Assembly: GCF_009914755.1 (NCBI RefSeq) | Contig: NC_060947.1 | Length of the DNA stretch: 64,000 bases | Direction: 5' to 3' (one strand) | Origin: the human T2T-CHM13v2.0 reference genome, Homo sapiens | Shown: positions 1 to 20,343 of the stretch, one piece after another | Layout of the letters: every line of letters begins with the position of its first letter | How positions within the stretch are numbered: position 1 is the first letter of the stretch | The notes under the pieces: generated by a model | Seen by the model: only the letters and a program-made list of their open reading frames with translations | What the model was told of the DNA's origin: nothing | Database searches by the model: none | Program-made: the position numbers and the translations under genes

Positions 1-2916
<2,916 letters not shown>

Positions 2917-2939
2917 AGGGGAAAAAACTGACTAAAGGA

Positions 2940-3364
2940 TTTATTCCGCTAGCTTTTGGGAAGCTTTTATGCTGACAGCCTTCTTCAGTGACTGTCTTGC
3001 TAAAGAAACCTGCCTTATTCAAGGTCCTGCCACCTTCTAGGGACAGCCTGCAACAAATGACTAGTCAATGTGGGACTGTTAAGACCTGATCCATGGTGGC
3101 TCATGCCTGGAATCCCAGCACTTTGGGAGGCCAAAGCTGGGGATCAGTTGAGGCCAAGAGTTCAAGACCAGCTTTGCCAACATGGTGAAACCCCATCTCT
3201 ACTAAAAATATGAAAACTTAGCTGGGTATGGTGGCTCGCACCTGTAATCCCAGCTGCTTGGGAGGCTGAGGCGCAGAATTGCTTGAACGCAGGAGGCAGA
3301 GGTTGCAGTGAGCCAAGATTGCACCACTGCACTCCAACCTGGGCCACAGAGCAAGACTCCATCT

Positions 3365-3402
<38 letters not shown>

Positions 3403-3565
3403 CCTGACCCTCTCACCTCCTCAGGGAACATCTCTGAAGCATCATCCCACCTTTAGAACTCCCCACAGGGTTGGCTGAGGACTGGTTGTGACTACACTGC
3501 AGCCCACTTTCTCTTTCTGCCAATTTTGCTTCCATCCTTTTCCTCCACAGGTCCCAAGAGCATCT
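2940..3565 (+). mobile_element. ERVL-class LTR (LTR16-like), interrupted by an Alu
   Basis: Motifs aaatgactagtcaatgtggga, ctctgaagcatcatccca and ggttggctgaggactggttgtgactacactgcagc resemble the LTR16 consensus as I recall it. It lies next to ERVL internal sequence. Confidence 0.55.
3090..3400 (+). mobile_element. Alu (S/J), full length, with ~34-nt pure A tail
   Basis: Dimeric Alu structure. TSD AAGACCTGA flanks both sides (~3081 and ~3399). Confidence 0.95.
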
Positions 3566-3569
3566 ACCA

Positions 3570-5540
3570 TTGAAGAGGTATTTAATAACTAAATGGAATG
3601 ACTCAGCCCGTTGATGTCAGCCAGCTTTTTCATCAGCCACCCTAGTCCTGGCACAATGGATTCATAAGCAGAGGAGACATGGAAGCAAAGAAGGAGGCTA
3701 TCCATGGGCCCAAGCTGCTGTCACAGCCAGATAATCACCCTGACACCAACAGAAACCATTGCTGAAACTCAGTACAACAATATCCCTTGAAGATACCAAC
3801 CAGCCACTTGGTGGCAAGTTGACCGTATTGAACTCTTTCCATAATGAAAGGGGCAGCCATTAATTTCCACAGGAATAGGCAGGTATTCTGTGTATGGGTT
3901 TGCCTTTCCTGCCTGCAGAGTCTCATCCAACATGACCATCCAAGGGCTTATGCTATATTTAATCCATCAATGTGGCATTCCACATATCACTGCAGCAGAC
4001 TAAGGGACCTACTTTACAGCAAAGGACACACAGCAGTGGTCACATGACCATGGAATCCACTGAACCCATCATATGGCACACCACCCAAGCTACTGGTCTC
4101 ATAAGCAATGGAACAGCCTATTGAAAGCTTGGCTAAAGTGCCAGCTTGGAAGTGATACCCTGTGAGGATAAAGCACTGTCCTTGGAATGCTTTTACACTG
4201 TTGGTGGGAGTGTAAATTAGTTCAACCCTGTGGAAGACAGTGTGGTGATTTCTCAAGGATCTAGAACCAGAAATACCATTTGACCCAGCAATCCCATTAC
4301 TGGGTACATACCCAAAGGATTATAAATCATTCTACTCTAAAGACACATGCACATGTATGTTTACTGAAGCAGTATTTACAATAGCAAAGACTTGGAACCA
4401 ACACAAATGCCCATCAATGATGGACTGGATAAAGAAAATGTGGCACATATACACCATGGAATACTATGCAGCCATATAAAAGAATGAGATCATGTCCTTT
4501 GCGGGGACATGGATGAAACTGGAAGCCATCATTCTCAGCAAACTAACACAGGAACAGAAAACCAAATATCACATGTTCTCACTCATAAGTGGGAGTTGAA
4601 CAATGAGAACACATGGACACAGAGAGGGGAACATCACATACCAGGGCCTGTTGGGGTCGGGGGCAAGGGGAGGGAGAGCATTAGGACAAATACCTAATGC
4701 ATGTGGGGCTTCAAACCTAGATGACGGGTTGATGGGTGCAGCAAACCACCATGGCACATGTTTACCTATGTAACAAACCTGCACATTCTGTGCATGTATA
4801 CCAGAACTTAAAATTTTAAAAAATTAAAAAAAAGCACTACCCTCCAGGATGCAGTAATGCCTGAAGTCAATCACCATTATATAATGCTGTATCCCCAAGA
4901 GAATACCTGGGAGAGGAATCCATGGTGTGGGAGCAGCAGTGTCCCCACTTGCTATCATTCCCAGTGACCCACTTAAAGAATTTGTGTTTTCATCCTCACA
5001 AATGTAGCCCACAGGGTCAAAGGTCTTGGTTCCCAAAGGGGAAACATTTCCACCAGGGAATACAGCAAGAGTCTTCACTGAACTTTAAGCTACGTCATCA
5101 TCCAGGCACTTTGGGCCCTTCATGCCAAGGACCAGCAGGCAAGGAAAGGATCCTGGTTGGCATGATTGACTCTTATCATCAAGAGGCAGTCCAGCTATTG
5201 TTACACAATGGAGGCAGGAGGCATATGTTTGATACCCAGATCATCAACTTGGACACCTGTTAGTACCACCTTGCACAATTTCAATGGCAAATGGACAAGT
5301 TCAGCAGCTACAGCCTGAGAAGGTATGGCAAACAGGAACTAGAATGCCTCCGTTTGGAGAGACTGAGTCACACCACTAGGAAACTCACCTAAACCTTCAC
5401 AGGGAGTCATCAATGGTAAGCAGAATCTAGAATGCACAGCAGAGGAGCAGGGGAATGAATATCAGCTATAGCCGCAAGACCAGCTGCAGCTGCAGGGGGG
5501 CTGTAGTTCATCCTACCAACCCTCCTTTTACAAGTCATCC
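3570..5540 (+). mobile_element. Degenerate ERVL internal (pol/integrase) remnant, split by an L1 fragment
   Basis: Sequence from 3654 translates QWIHKQRRHGSKEGGYPWAQ, resembling the ERVL integrase N-terminus (QWAHEQSGHGGRDGGYAWAQ). Further decayed pol-like sequence follows at 3800-4180 and 4840-5400. Confidence 0.65.
4185..4833 (+). mobile_element. 5'-truncated L1 (L1PA7/8-like 3' end)
   Basis: L1 ORF2 end plus 3'UTR (ggggcaaggggagggagagcattaggacaaatacc) and an A-rich tail. Confidence 0.92.
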
Positions 5541-5621
5541 CCAGGAAGAGAGTCCCATCAGCGTCCCGAAGGAGCCTCTCCCAGAACTCTTGTACAGAAA
5601 GTAGATCTGAGTGACACTTGC

Positions 5622-5685
5622 TGTATTAGGCTGTTCTCGCATTGCTATGAATAAATATCTGAGACTGGGTAATTTATAAAAAAAA
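5622..5685 (-). mobile_element. MST/THE1 MaLR LTR fragment
   Basis: tgtattaggctgttctcgcattgctatgaataaatatctgagactgggtaatttataaa is the reverse complement of a MaLR LTR 3' end. Confidence 0.7.
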
Positions 5686-5689
5686 TAAT

Positions 5690-6585
5690 TACAGCTCAGC
5701 AATGAAAAGACAAACCAATGTAAAAATGGGAAAATCGTTTGAATAGACATTTCTTCGAAGAAGATACATAAATGGACAACAAGCTCCTGAAAATATTCTC
5801 AACATCATTAATCATTAGGAAAATTCAAATCAAAACCACAATGAGATACCACCTCATACCCAATAGGATGACTATTATAAGAAAAGACAGATAATAACAA
5901 CTGTTTGTGAGGATATACATAAATTGGTCCCCTCATACACTGCTCGTGTGTGTGTAAAATGGTATAGCCACTTTGGAAAGCAGTATGGTTGCTACTCAAA
6001 TTGTTAAACATAGAGCTACCACATGACCCAGCAAATCCACTCCTAGGTATATACCCAAGAGAAATGAAAACGTATCTCCACTCAAAAACTTGTATACAAA
6101 TGTTCACAGCAGCATTTTTATAATGACTGAAGAATGAAAATAACCCAAATGTCTATCAACCAATAAATGGATGAACAAAATGTGGCACATTCATACAATG
6201 AAATATAATCTGGCATTAAAGAGGAATGAAGCACTGATACATGCTACAACATGGATGAACCTTGAAAATGTTATTCTAAGTGAAAGTAGCCAGTCAGTCA
6301 CAAGAGGCTGTATTCTATGATTCAATTTCTATGAAATGGTCAGAATAGACAAATCCATAGAAACAGAAAGTAGATTAGTGGCTGTTAGGGGCTAGCAGGA
6401 GAAGGGAATAGGGGGTATGGGGCTTCATTTTTAAATGAGAAATGCTCTGGCATTAGACAGTAGTAAAGGCTGCACATATATTCAAATATACTAAAAACCA
6501 CTGAATTATATAACTTAAAAGGGTAAATTTTATTGTATGTGAATTATATCTTAGTAAGACTTATTTTTTTAAATGCAAAAGAAAA
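5690..6585 (+). mobile_element. Old L1 3' end (L1MB/MC-like)
   Basis: Typical L1M 3' motifs: caaatcaaaaccacaatgagataccac, acaacatggatgaaccttgaaaa, gaaacagaaagtagattagtgg. Confidence 0.85.
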
Positions 6586-6914
6586 AATCAGTTGGGGATA
6601 TTTGTGTGAGTCTATGTCTGAATTCTCTGTTCTGTTACATTAATCTATATGTCCATCTCTGCATCATACCACACTGTCTTGATGGCTGTAGCTATATAGT
6701 AACTGTTGAAATTAGGTAGCGCAATTCCATTCCTTCCACTTTAATTTTCTTTGTCAAGATTGTTAATATATTTATTCTGTTAAGTCTTCTAGTCCACAAA
6801 TACAGTATATCATTTTTTCCATTGTGTTTTATAGTTTTCAGTGTACAGCTCTTCTGCATGTTTTGTTAAGCTTATAACTAAGTATTTCATTTTCTTTGCA
6901 GTGATTGTCAATGA

Positions 6915-7266
6915 GACTTAGTTTATTTGGGCTGCTATAACAAAATACCATTAACTGAGTGGCTTGTAAACAACAGAAATTTATTTCTCACAATTCTGGA
7001 GCCTGGGAAGTTCAAGATCAAGGTGCCAGCAGATTTGCTGTCATCTGGTGAGGGCCTTCTTGCTGTAACCTCATATGGTGAAGCAAAAGGGGGAAAGGCA
7101 ATGTCCTCTGGGGCCTCTTTTATAAGAGCACAATTCCATTCAAGAAGACTGTGCCCTTATAATCTTACCATCTCCCAAAGGCCCCATCTAATACCATCAC
7201 ATTGGTGATTAGGTTTTCAACATATGAACTTGGGGGAGGGGGACACAAAACATTCAGATAATAGCC
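6915..7266 (-). mobile_element. MaLR solo LTR (MLT1A/MSTD-like)
   Basis: ttagtttatttgggctgctataacaaaatacca...aacaacagaaatttatttctcacaattctgga...aagttcaagatcaaggtgccagcaga...cattcagataatagc. Confidence 0.8.
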
Positions 7267-8175
7267 AGAACTATATTTTAAAATTTCAGTTACCAATGAT
7301 TTATTGCTAGTATATATTGAGATTTGTGTGTTGACCTTGCATTCTGTGGCCTTGTTAAACTAATTTTTAGTTCTAGGAAGTTTTTTTGTAGATTCCATAG
7401 GGGTCTCTTCATATAAGATCATATTGTTTCTAAATAAAGAGAGTTTTCCTTCTTCCTTTCCAATCTGTATATCCTTAATGATTTTTTTTCTTATTTCACT
7501 GTCTAGAATTGTCAGCATAACATAGACTAGAAGTAGTGAGAGTAGATATACTATCTTTATTACTGATTTTAGACAAAAAACCTTCAATCTTTCACCGCTA
7601 AGTTTAATGTTAGCTGTAGGTTTTTGTGGATTCTTTATATCAGGTTGTGGAAGTTACATTCTATTCCTAGTTTGTTGAGACCTTTTTTTTAAAAAAAAAT
7701 CATCAATGTATGTTGAAGTTTGCAGATGCTTTTTCTACATCAATTGATATGATCATGGGCTTTTTCTTGTTTTAACTGTTAATATGATTGGTTACTTTGC
7801 ATTCCACAGATAAATCCCATTTGGTTATTTATAAATAGTTTTATTTGTTTGGTAGTTTTTGCTTTAAATATTTTGTATATGTCATCACAATGACTTCTAG
7901 TGCCCATGGTTTCTGATTAAAAAAAAATTAGTTGTTGTCATATTGAAGATCCCCTGTACATGACATAATACTTTTTCTCTTGCTGCTTTCAAGGTTCTTT
8001 GTTTGTCTTTCATTTTGTCAGTTTGACTATGATGTAAATATCTTTGTATTTATCCTGCTAGGGGTTATTTGAACTCTTAGATGTATAGATTAATTTTTTT
8101 CATCAAATTTGGTAAGATTTTGTCCATTATTTCTTCAAATATTCTTTCTTCCCATTTATCCTTTCCTCCTGGGAC

Positions 8176-8399
8176 ATCCATTATGTATATGTTGGTACAT
8201 CTGATGTCCCACAAGTCTTTGAGGTTCTGTTCAATTTTCTTCACCCTTTTTTCTTTCTGTTCCCCAGACTAGAAGTCTTAATTGATCCATTATGTATATG
8301 TTGGTACATCTGATGTCCCACAAGTCTTTGAGGTTCTGTTCAATTTTCTTCACCCTTTTTTCTTTCTGTTCCCCAGACTAGAAGTCTTAATTGATCCAT
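8176..8399. repeat. Perfect 109-bp direct tandem duplication
   Basis: Units at 8176-8284 and 8285-8393 read identically. ATCCAT microhomology occurs at 8176, 8285 and 8394. Confidence 0.93.
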
Positions 8400-10243
8400 C
8401 TTCCAGTTTGTTGATTCTTTGTGTCAGTTCAAATCTGCTATTGAGCCTCTGTAGTGACTTTTTCATTCTGTTATTGTGCTTTTCAAATCCAGAATTTCAA
8501 TTTGATTCTTTTTTTATCACCTCTATCACTTTATTAATATTCTCTATTTGTTGAAAAATTCTCATAGTTTCCTTTCATTCTTTAGACATGGTTTCCTATA
8601 GTTCTTTGACATAGGATATGTCATATTTAAAACACATTTAAAATAGCTGGTTTAGTCTTTGTCCAGTAAATCCAACTTCTTGGCTTCCTCAAGTACAGTT
8701 TCTATTGGTATATTTCTTTCCTGTATATGGGCCATACTTTCTTGCTTTTTTGCGTGTTTTGTATTTTATAAAACTAGACATTTTAAAAACATAATGTGGC
8801 TACTCTGGAAATTTGAGCCCCTCCCACCAGGTTTTTTGTTGGTGTTTGTTTAGTGACTTTCTTTGACTAATTATTATAAGCCTGTATTCTTTGTCTTATA
8901 AAGCCATTGAAGTCTATTTTCAGTCTAGTGCTCAGTTAATGATTGCACAGTGATTTTATCAAATGCCTTGAATCAATAGTTCTCCCATTCTTTGCTAAGG
9001 TGCTCATGTATTGTGACACAGCTTCAACACTCCCTCAGTTTAAAACTCTGCCTTGGCCTTTCCTTACTACTTGTGTAGAGCTCAAGATTAGCCAGAAGGG
9101 AGAGATTAGGGCCTTCTCCAATGTTTCTGGGCATGCATACAGCCCTGTACATGTCCATGGCCTTCTAGATCCCTAGAACTCTGTTGGAGGTTTTCAAAGC
9201 CCCCTATGGGCATCTTGTTACCAATGTTTTCCTTTACATTTTTTTATCAGCCTCTTTTTAGCCCTAACTGGCCTTGTTGCCTTAGGCTGCTGTGCTGTTA
9301 AAAAATTGCCACTTCAAAAAAATAAAAATCTCTTTCTTTACTTGCACATGAGATTTTTAAAAAGAGAGCTATCCCTTACAATGTTGGCTTACAGTGGTTT
9401 TTGAGTGAACATTCAGTCTGTCAGTAAATCCTAGAATTTTCTCTTTATCCTTTCAGGTATTCCATGAAGGCTTTCATTTTGCTCTCCAAGGTAGTAGTGC
9501 TTAGCTGTCATATTAAAGGATTAGCAGATTGAGTCCAATAATGTCATTTAATGAAACAGGGATTGTTAAACTTGATTCTATGAATAAAGTTAATGGAGTC
9601 AATGGATCTACTAAACCTGTATGTGAAATATTGAAAGTTTTGCATTTTTCTGGATTTTCATTATATTTTCAAAGGAAACTGCACATCCCCAAATGACTAA
9701 GAACTACTGAATTAGAGGATTCTGTTGATTTCTGAGATCCTCAATGTGTATTTCTGAATAAGAGATCCTAATCAGCTATTAATGGATAAAGTGGATATAC
9801 CTCTATCTTTTCTAGGAGGGACTAAATGGTTTTGGGTCAAGTGTGCAGTAAGTTCAAAATAAAAATGAAGCCTTTAGATAAAATTAGGTACTTATTAGAC
9901 CCACTGCTAGATTTTGTTATTTAATGAATTAATAAAGAAGCACATATATTACCATATCACAAATTTGTGTTTAAAAATATTTGGATAACTGTTTATTTCA
10001 ACATTTCTTTCTTTTGTAATTCTATATATTTTATTTTGATGTGGCTCAATTTATCTATTTTCTCTTTCATTGCGTATGTTTTTGCTGTATTAATCTAAGA
10101 AACTGTTGCCTAACATTAGGTCATGAAGATTTACTACTGTGTTTTCTTTTATGAGTTTATTTTTTAGCAACAGCTTTATTGAGATATATTATATACATCA
10201 TAAAATTAATTCTTTAAAATTTACATTTCAAGAGTTTTTAATA

Positions 10244-13295
<3,052 letters not shown>

Positions 13296-13297
13296 TA

Positions 13298-14750
13298 TAT
13301 TCACAGAGTTCAGCATCCATCACCACTACCTAGATTTAAAACATTCTCATCACTCCAAAAATAAACTTATTGGCAGTTACTTTCCAGCACTCCCTTCTTG
13401 CTGCCCTTTCTTGTCTCTGTCAACCACTAATCATTCTACTTTCATCTCTACTGATTTATCTGTTTTGAACATTTCATATAAATGGAATCATAAAATATTG
13501 GTCCCTTGTGTGTGTATTCTTACACCTAGCATAATGATTTCAAGGTTCACCAATTTTGTAACGTGTCGGTACTTCATTCCTTTCCGTGGCTGAATAATAT
13601 TTCCTTGTATAGACTTCTTGTTTATCCATTAATCAATTGATGGTCATTCGGGTTGTTTCCACTCTTTGCTATTGTGAATATTTTGAATAATTCTCCTATG
13701 AGTATTTGTGTACGAGTTTTTATGGAAGTATATGTTCTTAATTCTCTTGAGTATATACCTATGAATGAAATTGCTGGGTCATATGATAACTTTAACTATC
13801 TGAGGGATATCCCTATTGTTTCCCAAAGTGGCTATACAGTTTTACTTTCCCATCAGCAATATACGAGGGTTCCAATTTCTCCACATCCTTACCAACATTT
13901 GTTACTGTCCATGTTTTTTATTATAGCCATCCTAGTGTGAACTGGTGGTATCTCATTCTGGTTTTAATTTGCATTTTCTTAATGCCGAATGATGTTGAGG
14001 ATGTTACAATGTGCTCATTGACCATTTGTACATCTTATTTGGAGAAATGTCATTTCATATCCTTTGCCCACTTAAAAAATCAGGTTGTCTTTGTATTATT
14101 GAGACGTAAACATTGTGTGTTCTGGATACCAGTCACTTATTAGATCTATGATTTGCAAATATTCTCTTCTATTCTGTGGGCTGTCTTCTGATTTCTTGAT
14201 AGTATATGTTGAGGCAAAAAGTTTTTAACTTTAATGAAACTCAACTATGAATCATCTCTTTTATCACTTGTGCTTCCAGTGTCATATCTGTGAAATCATT
14301 GTCTAACCCATGGTCACAAAGATTTACTCCTAGGTTTTCTTCTAAGAGTTTTATCACTTACATTTAGGTCTGTGCTCAATATAGAGTTAGTTTTTGTGTA
14401 TGGTATGAAAAAGGAGCCTTACTTTACTCTTTTGCATGTGGAAATCCAGTTGTCTCAGCACCGTTTGTTAGAAAAGACTAGTCTTTCTCCATTGAATTGT
14501 CTTGGTACCCTTGACAGAAACTCATAAAAAATTTATTTCTTCTGGACCTTTAATTCTATTCTGTTGGTCTTTATGTCAATTCTTATGCCACTACCACACT
14601 GTTTTGATTACTATAGCTTTGTAGTAAGTTTTGAAACTTGGAAGTATAAATCCTCAAACTTCATTGATTTTTCAAGATTATATTGGTTCTTTGGGGTCTC
14701 TTATATTTGTATATGAATTTTAGGAGCAGCTTGTCAATTTATGCAAAAGC
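13298..14750 (-). mobile_element. Old L1 (L1MB-like) 3' region, antisense; its terminal piece lies at ~10165-10241 on the other side of Tigger2
   Basis: aacagctttattgagatata...ttttta (10168-10241) continues as tatattcacagagtt...aaatggaatcata...gaaattgctgggtcatatg after the transposon. Confidence 0.8.
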
Positions 14751-15189
14751 AAATTATATTTTTATATATTTAAAAGTATAATTCTAGATAAGGAATCCAA
14801 AGGCTTCACAAAGCAGTAAAAAAAATTCCATGCCATTAAAATATTAAGATGACACCTTCAATTACTGTACCATGTATCCATCATTGGCTTTTTAAAAATC
14901 ACTCTACACCTTATACATATTTTTATTAAGGGTGAAGCTTAGATACACAGTGTTTGAGCTGGTTTGGGGGATACTGGGATAATTTGTAGTGGTATTACAA
15001 GAGTGATGATAATCTTCTTTTAACGACCTCCTCTACATTTCTCAACTATTGCTCAAGGAATATATCATTCCTGAGGGAGAATTCTGTAAAGGCAAAGCGA
15101 AAAAGACAACATTAGAAGAACTATCTATATCACCTCATTTCATAATGGTGACAAACTCATAGCAAGCCTGCATGTTATATCTATATCTT

Positions 15190-17843
<2,654 letters not shown>

Positions 17844-17992
17844 TCCAAAGTGGGCAAAGGGCATGAAGAGTACTGACATATTTATTGAGCTGAAAAATCA
17901 AGCTGTATTTTTTGAGACAGAAAATAAGTAAGTGTGATTTAGCCAATTGTTTTGGAAATGAAAATTATTATGCCAGTTAGGCTAAATTACAG

Positions 17993-18305
17993 ATATCTAT
18001 CTATCTATCTATCTATCTATAGATATAGATATATTTTTGAGATAGGGTATCACTCTGTCACCCAGGCTGGAGTGCAGTGGTGCTATCTCAGCTTACTGCA
18101 ACCTCACCTCCCAGGCTCAAGTGATATTCCCACCTCAACCTCCTGAGTAGCTGGGACTACAGGCGCATACCACCACACCTGGCTCATTTTTGTATTTTTT
18201 GTAGAGACAGGGTTTTGCTGTGTTGCCCAGGCTGAACTTGAACTCCTGAGCTCAAGCGATCTGCCCACCTCAGCCTCCCAAAGTGCTGGGATTACAGCAC
18301 TTGGC
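17993..18305 (-). mobile_element. AluJ with an (ATCT)n/(AT)-type microsatellite tail
   Basis: Antisense Alu body at 18038-18305 with J-type features (ctcaagcgatctgccc). The simple repeat lies at 17993-18035. Confidence 0.9.
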
Positions 18306-18984
18306 CAATATTTTCTATAAATTGCTAAATCTGCAGCTCTGTAGTTTTGGTAAAATTATATTCAAAGCATGTGATAATACAAAAGCATTTAAAAAAATGT
18401 TTTATTGGTAAAGGTATATTAAAATTATTAAAATATCTATTTTCTATATCATGAATTTTACTTAATATGTTGGGTTAAACAAGGTACCTCTAAGTAAAAG
18501 AGTAATTTGTATATTTAATAAGTATTTGATAAGTCTTAGTAAAGCCTTTTTGGTTTTATCTAAAAACTTAAAGCTTAAAACCACAAACATTTATTATCCC
18601 AGTTTCTGTGGGTCAGGAATCTGGGTGTGGCAAAGTTATGTGCCTCTGGCTCAAGATCTCTTACAAGGGTATGGACAAGGTGTTGGCTAGAGCTAACGTC
18701 TCATCTGAAGACTCAACCAAGGAAGGATTTTCTTCCAAATTCACTTACATGGTTGTTGGCAGGTTTAGTTCTTCATGGGCTATGCGGCTGAAGGTCTTAG
18801 AGCCTTGTTAGCTATTGGACAGAGGCCTCCCTCAGTTCCTTGCCATGTGGGCCTCTCTGCAGGGCAACTCACAGCATGGTAGCAGGCTTTTCTCAGAGTA
18901 AGAGAGAGAGAAAAGCCATGGTCTTTTTGTAACGTAATCTTGGAAATGACATCACTTTTGCCATATTCTTTTTCTTCTCCTGGC

Positions 18985-19117
18985 ATTTTAAATGTAAACT
19001 TGACAAAAATTGTATATTTTTCATGGTGTACAACATGATGTTTTGATTTATATATAATTGTAAAATGATTAAATCAAGCTAATTAACATATCCATCACCT
19101 CAAACAGTTACCATTTT
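18985..19117 (-). mobile_element. L1MA-type 3' end fragment (continues at 22111-22220)
   Basis: aattgtatatttt...gtacaacatgatgttttga...aagctaattaacatatccatcacctca continues as gtggtgagaacatttaagatctactctc. Confidence 0.8.
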
Positions 19118-20286
19118 TTTTTCGTTTGTTTATCTGGGACAATCTTTACTTATCCTTTATGTTTAAAGGATATTTTTTCACTGGGTATACTATTCTAGGA
19201 TAAAAGTTTTTTCCTTCAGCATTTTAAATAATTCATGCTACTCTCTCCTGGCCTGTAAAGTTTCCACTGACAAGTCTGCTGCCAGGTGTATTAGAACTTC
19301 ATTACATGTTATTTGCTTCTTTTTTCTTGCTGCTTTCAGGATCCTTTCTTTACCCTTGACCTTTGGGAAGAATTTGATTATTAAATGTCTTGAGGTAGTC
19401 TTTTGGTTAAATCTGCTTGGTGTTCTATTACCTTCTTGTACTTGAATATTAATATATTTCTATAGGTTTGGGAAGTTATCTGTTATTATTTCTTTGACTA
19501 AACTTTCAACCCCCATCTCTTTCTCTACATCCCCTTTAAGGCCAAAACTTTTAGCTTTGCCCTTTTGAGGCTATTTTCTAGATCTTGTAGGGATGCTTCA
19601 TTCTTTTTTCTTTTGTTTCCTCTGCCTGTGTATTTTCAAATAGCCTGTCTTCAAGCTTACTAATTCTTTCTTCTATTTGATCAACTCTGCTATTGAGAGA
19701 CTCATGCATTCTTCAGTATGCCAATTGCACTTTTCCACTACAGAATTTCTTCCCGATTCTTTTAAATTATTTCTATCTTTTTAAAAAAATGTATCTGATA
19801 GGATTCTGAATTCCTTTTCTGTGTTATCTTGAATTTTGTTGAGTTCCCTCAAAACAGCTATTTTGAATTCTCTGTCTGAAGGGCCACATATCTCTGTATC
19901 CCTGGGATTGGTCCCTGGTGCCTTATTTAGTTCATTTGGTGAAGTCTTGTTTTCGTGGATGCTCTTGATGCTGGTCCATATTTATCTGTGTCTGGGCATT
20001 GAAGAGTTAGATATTTATTGTAGTCTTCACAGTCTGGGGTTGTTTGTGCATGTCTTCTTGGGAAGGCTTTCCAGATATTTGAAGGGATTTAGGTGTTGTG
20101 ATCTAAGGTTTTTGTCACTGCAGCTGTATCTGCATTAGGGGACACCCCAAGCCCAGTAATACTGTGGCTCTTGCAGACTTGTAGAGGTACTGCCTTCATG
20201 GTCTTTGATAAGATCTGGAAGAATTCTCTGGATTATAAGACAGAGGCTCTTGTTGTCTTCCGTTATTTTCTCCCAAACAAATGGAG

Positions 20287-20343
<57 letters not shown>

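Larger units (their letters stand above)
6586..9310 (-). mobile_element. Fragmented old L1M (antisense), with an MLT1/MST LTR nested at ~6915-7266
   Basis: The minus-strand ORF at 7360-7587 (KDIQIGKEEGKLSLFRNNMILYEE) is decayed L1 RT. T-rich ORF1 and 5'-region-like sequence spans 7870-9310. Confidence 0.7.

Noticed and set aside
8607-8623. Small hairpin TGACATA-gga-TATGTCA
   Set aside because: A 7-bp stem is expected by chance in 64 kb, and it lies inside a decayed L1.
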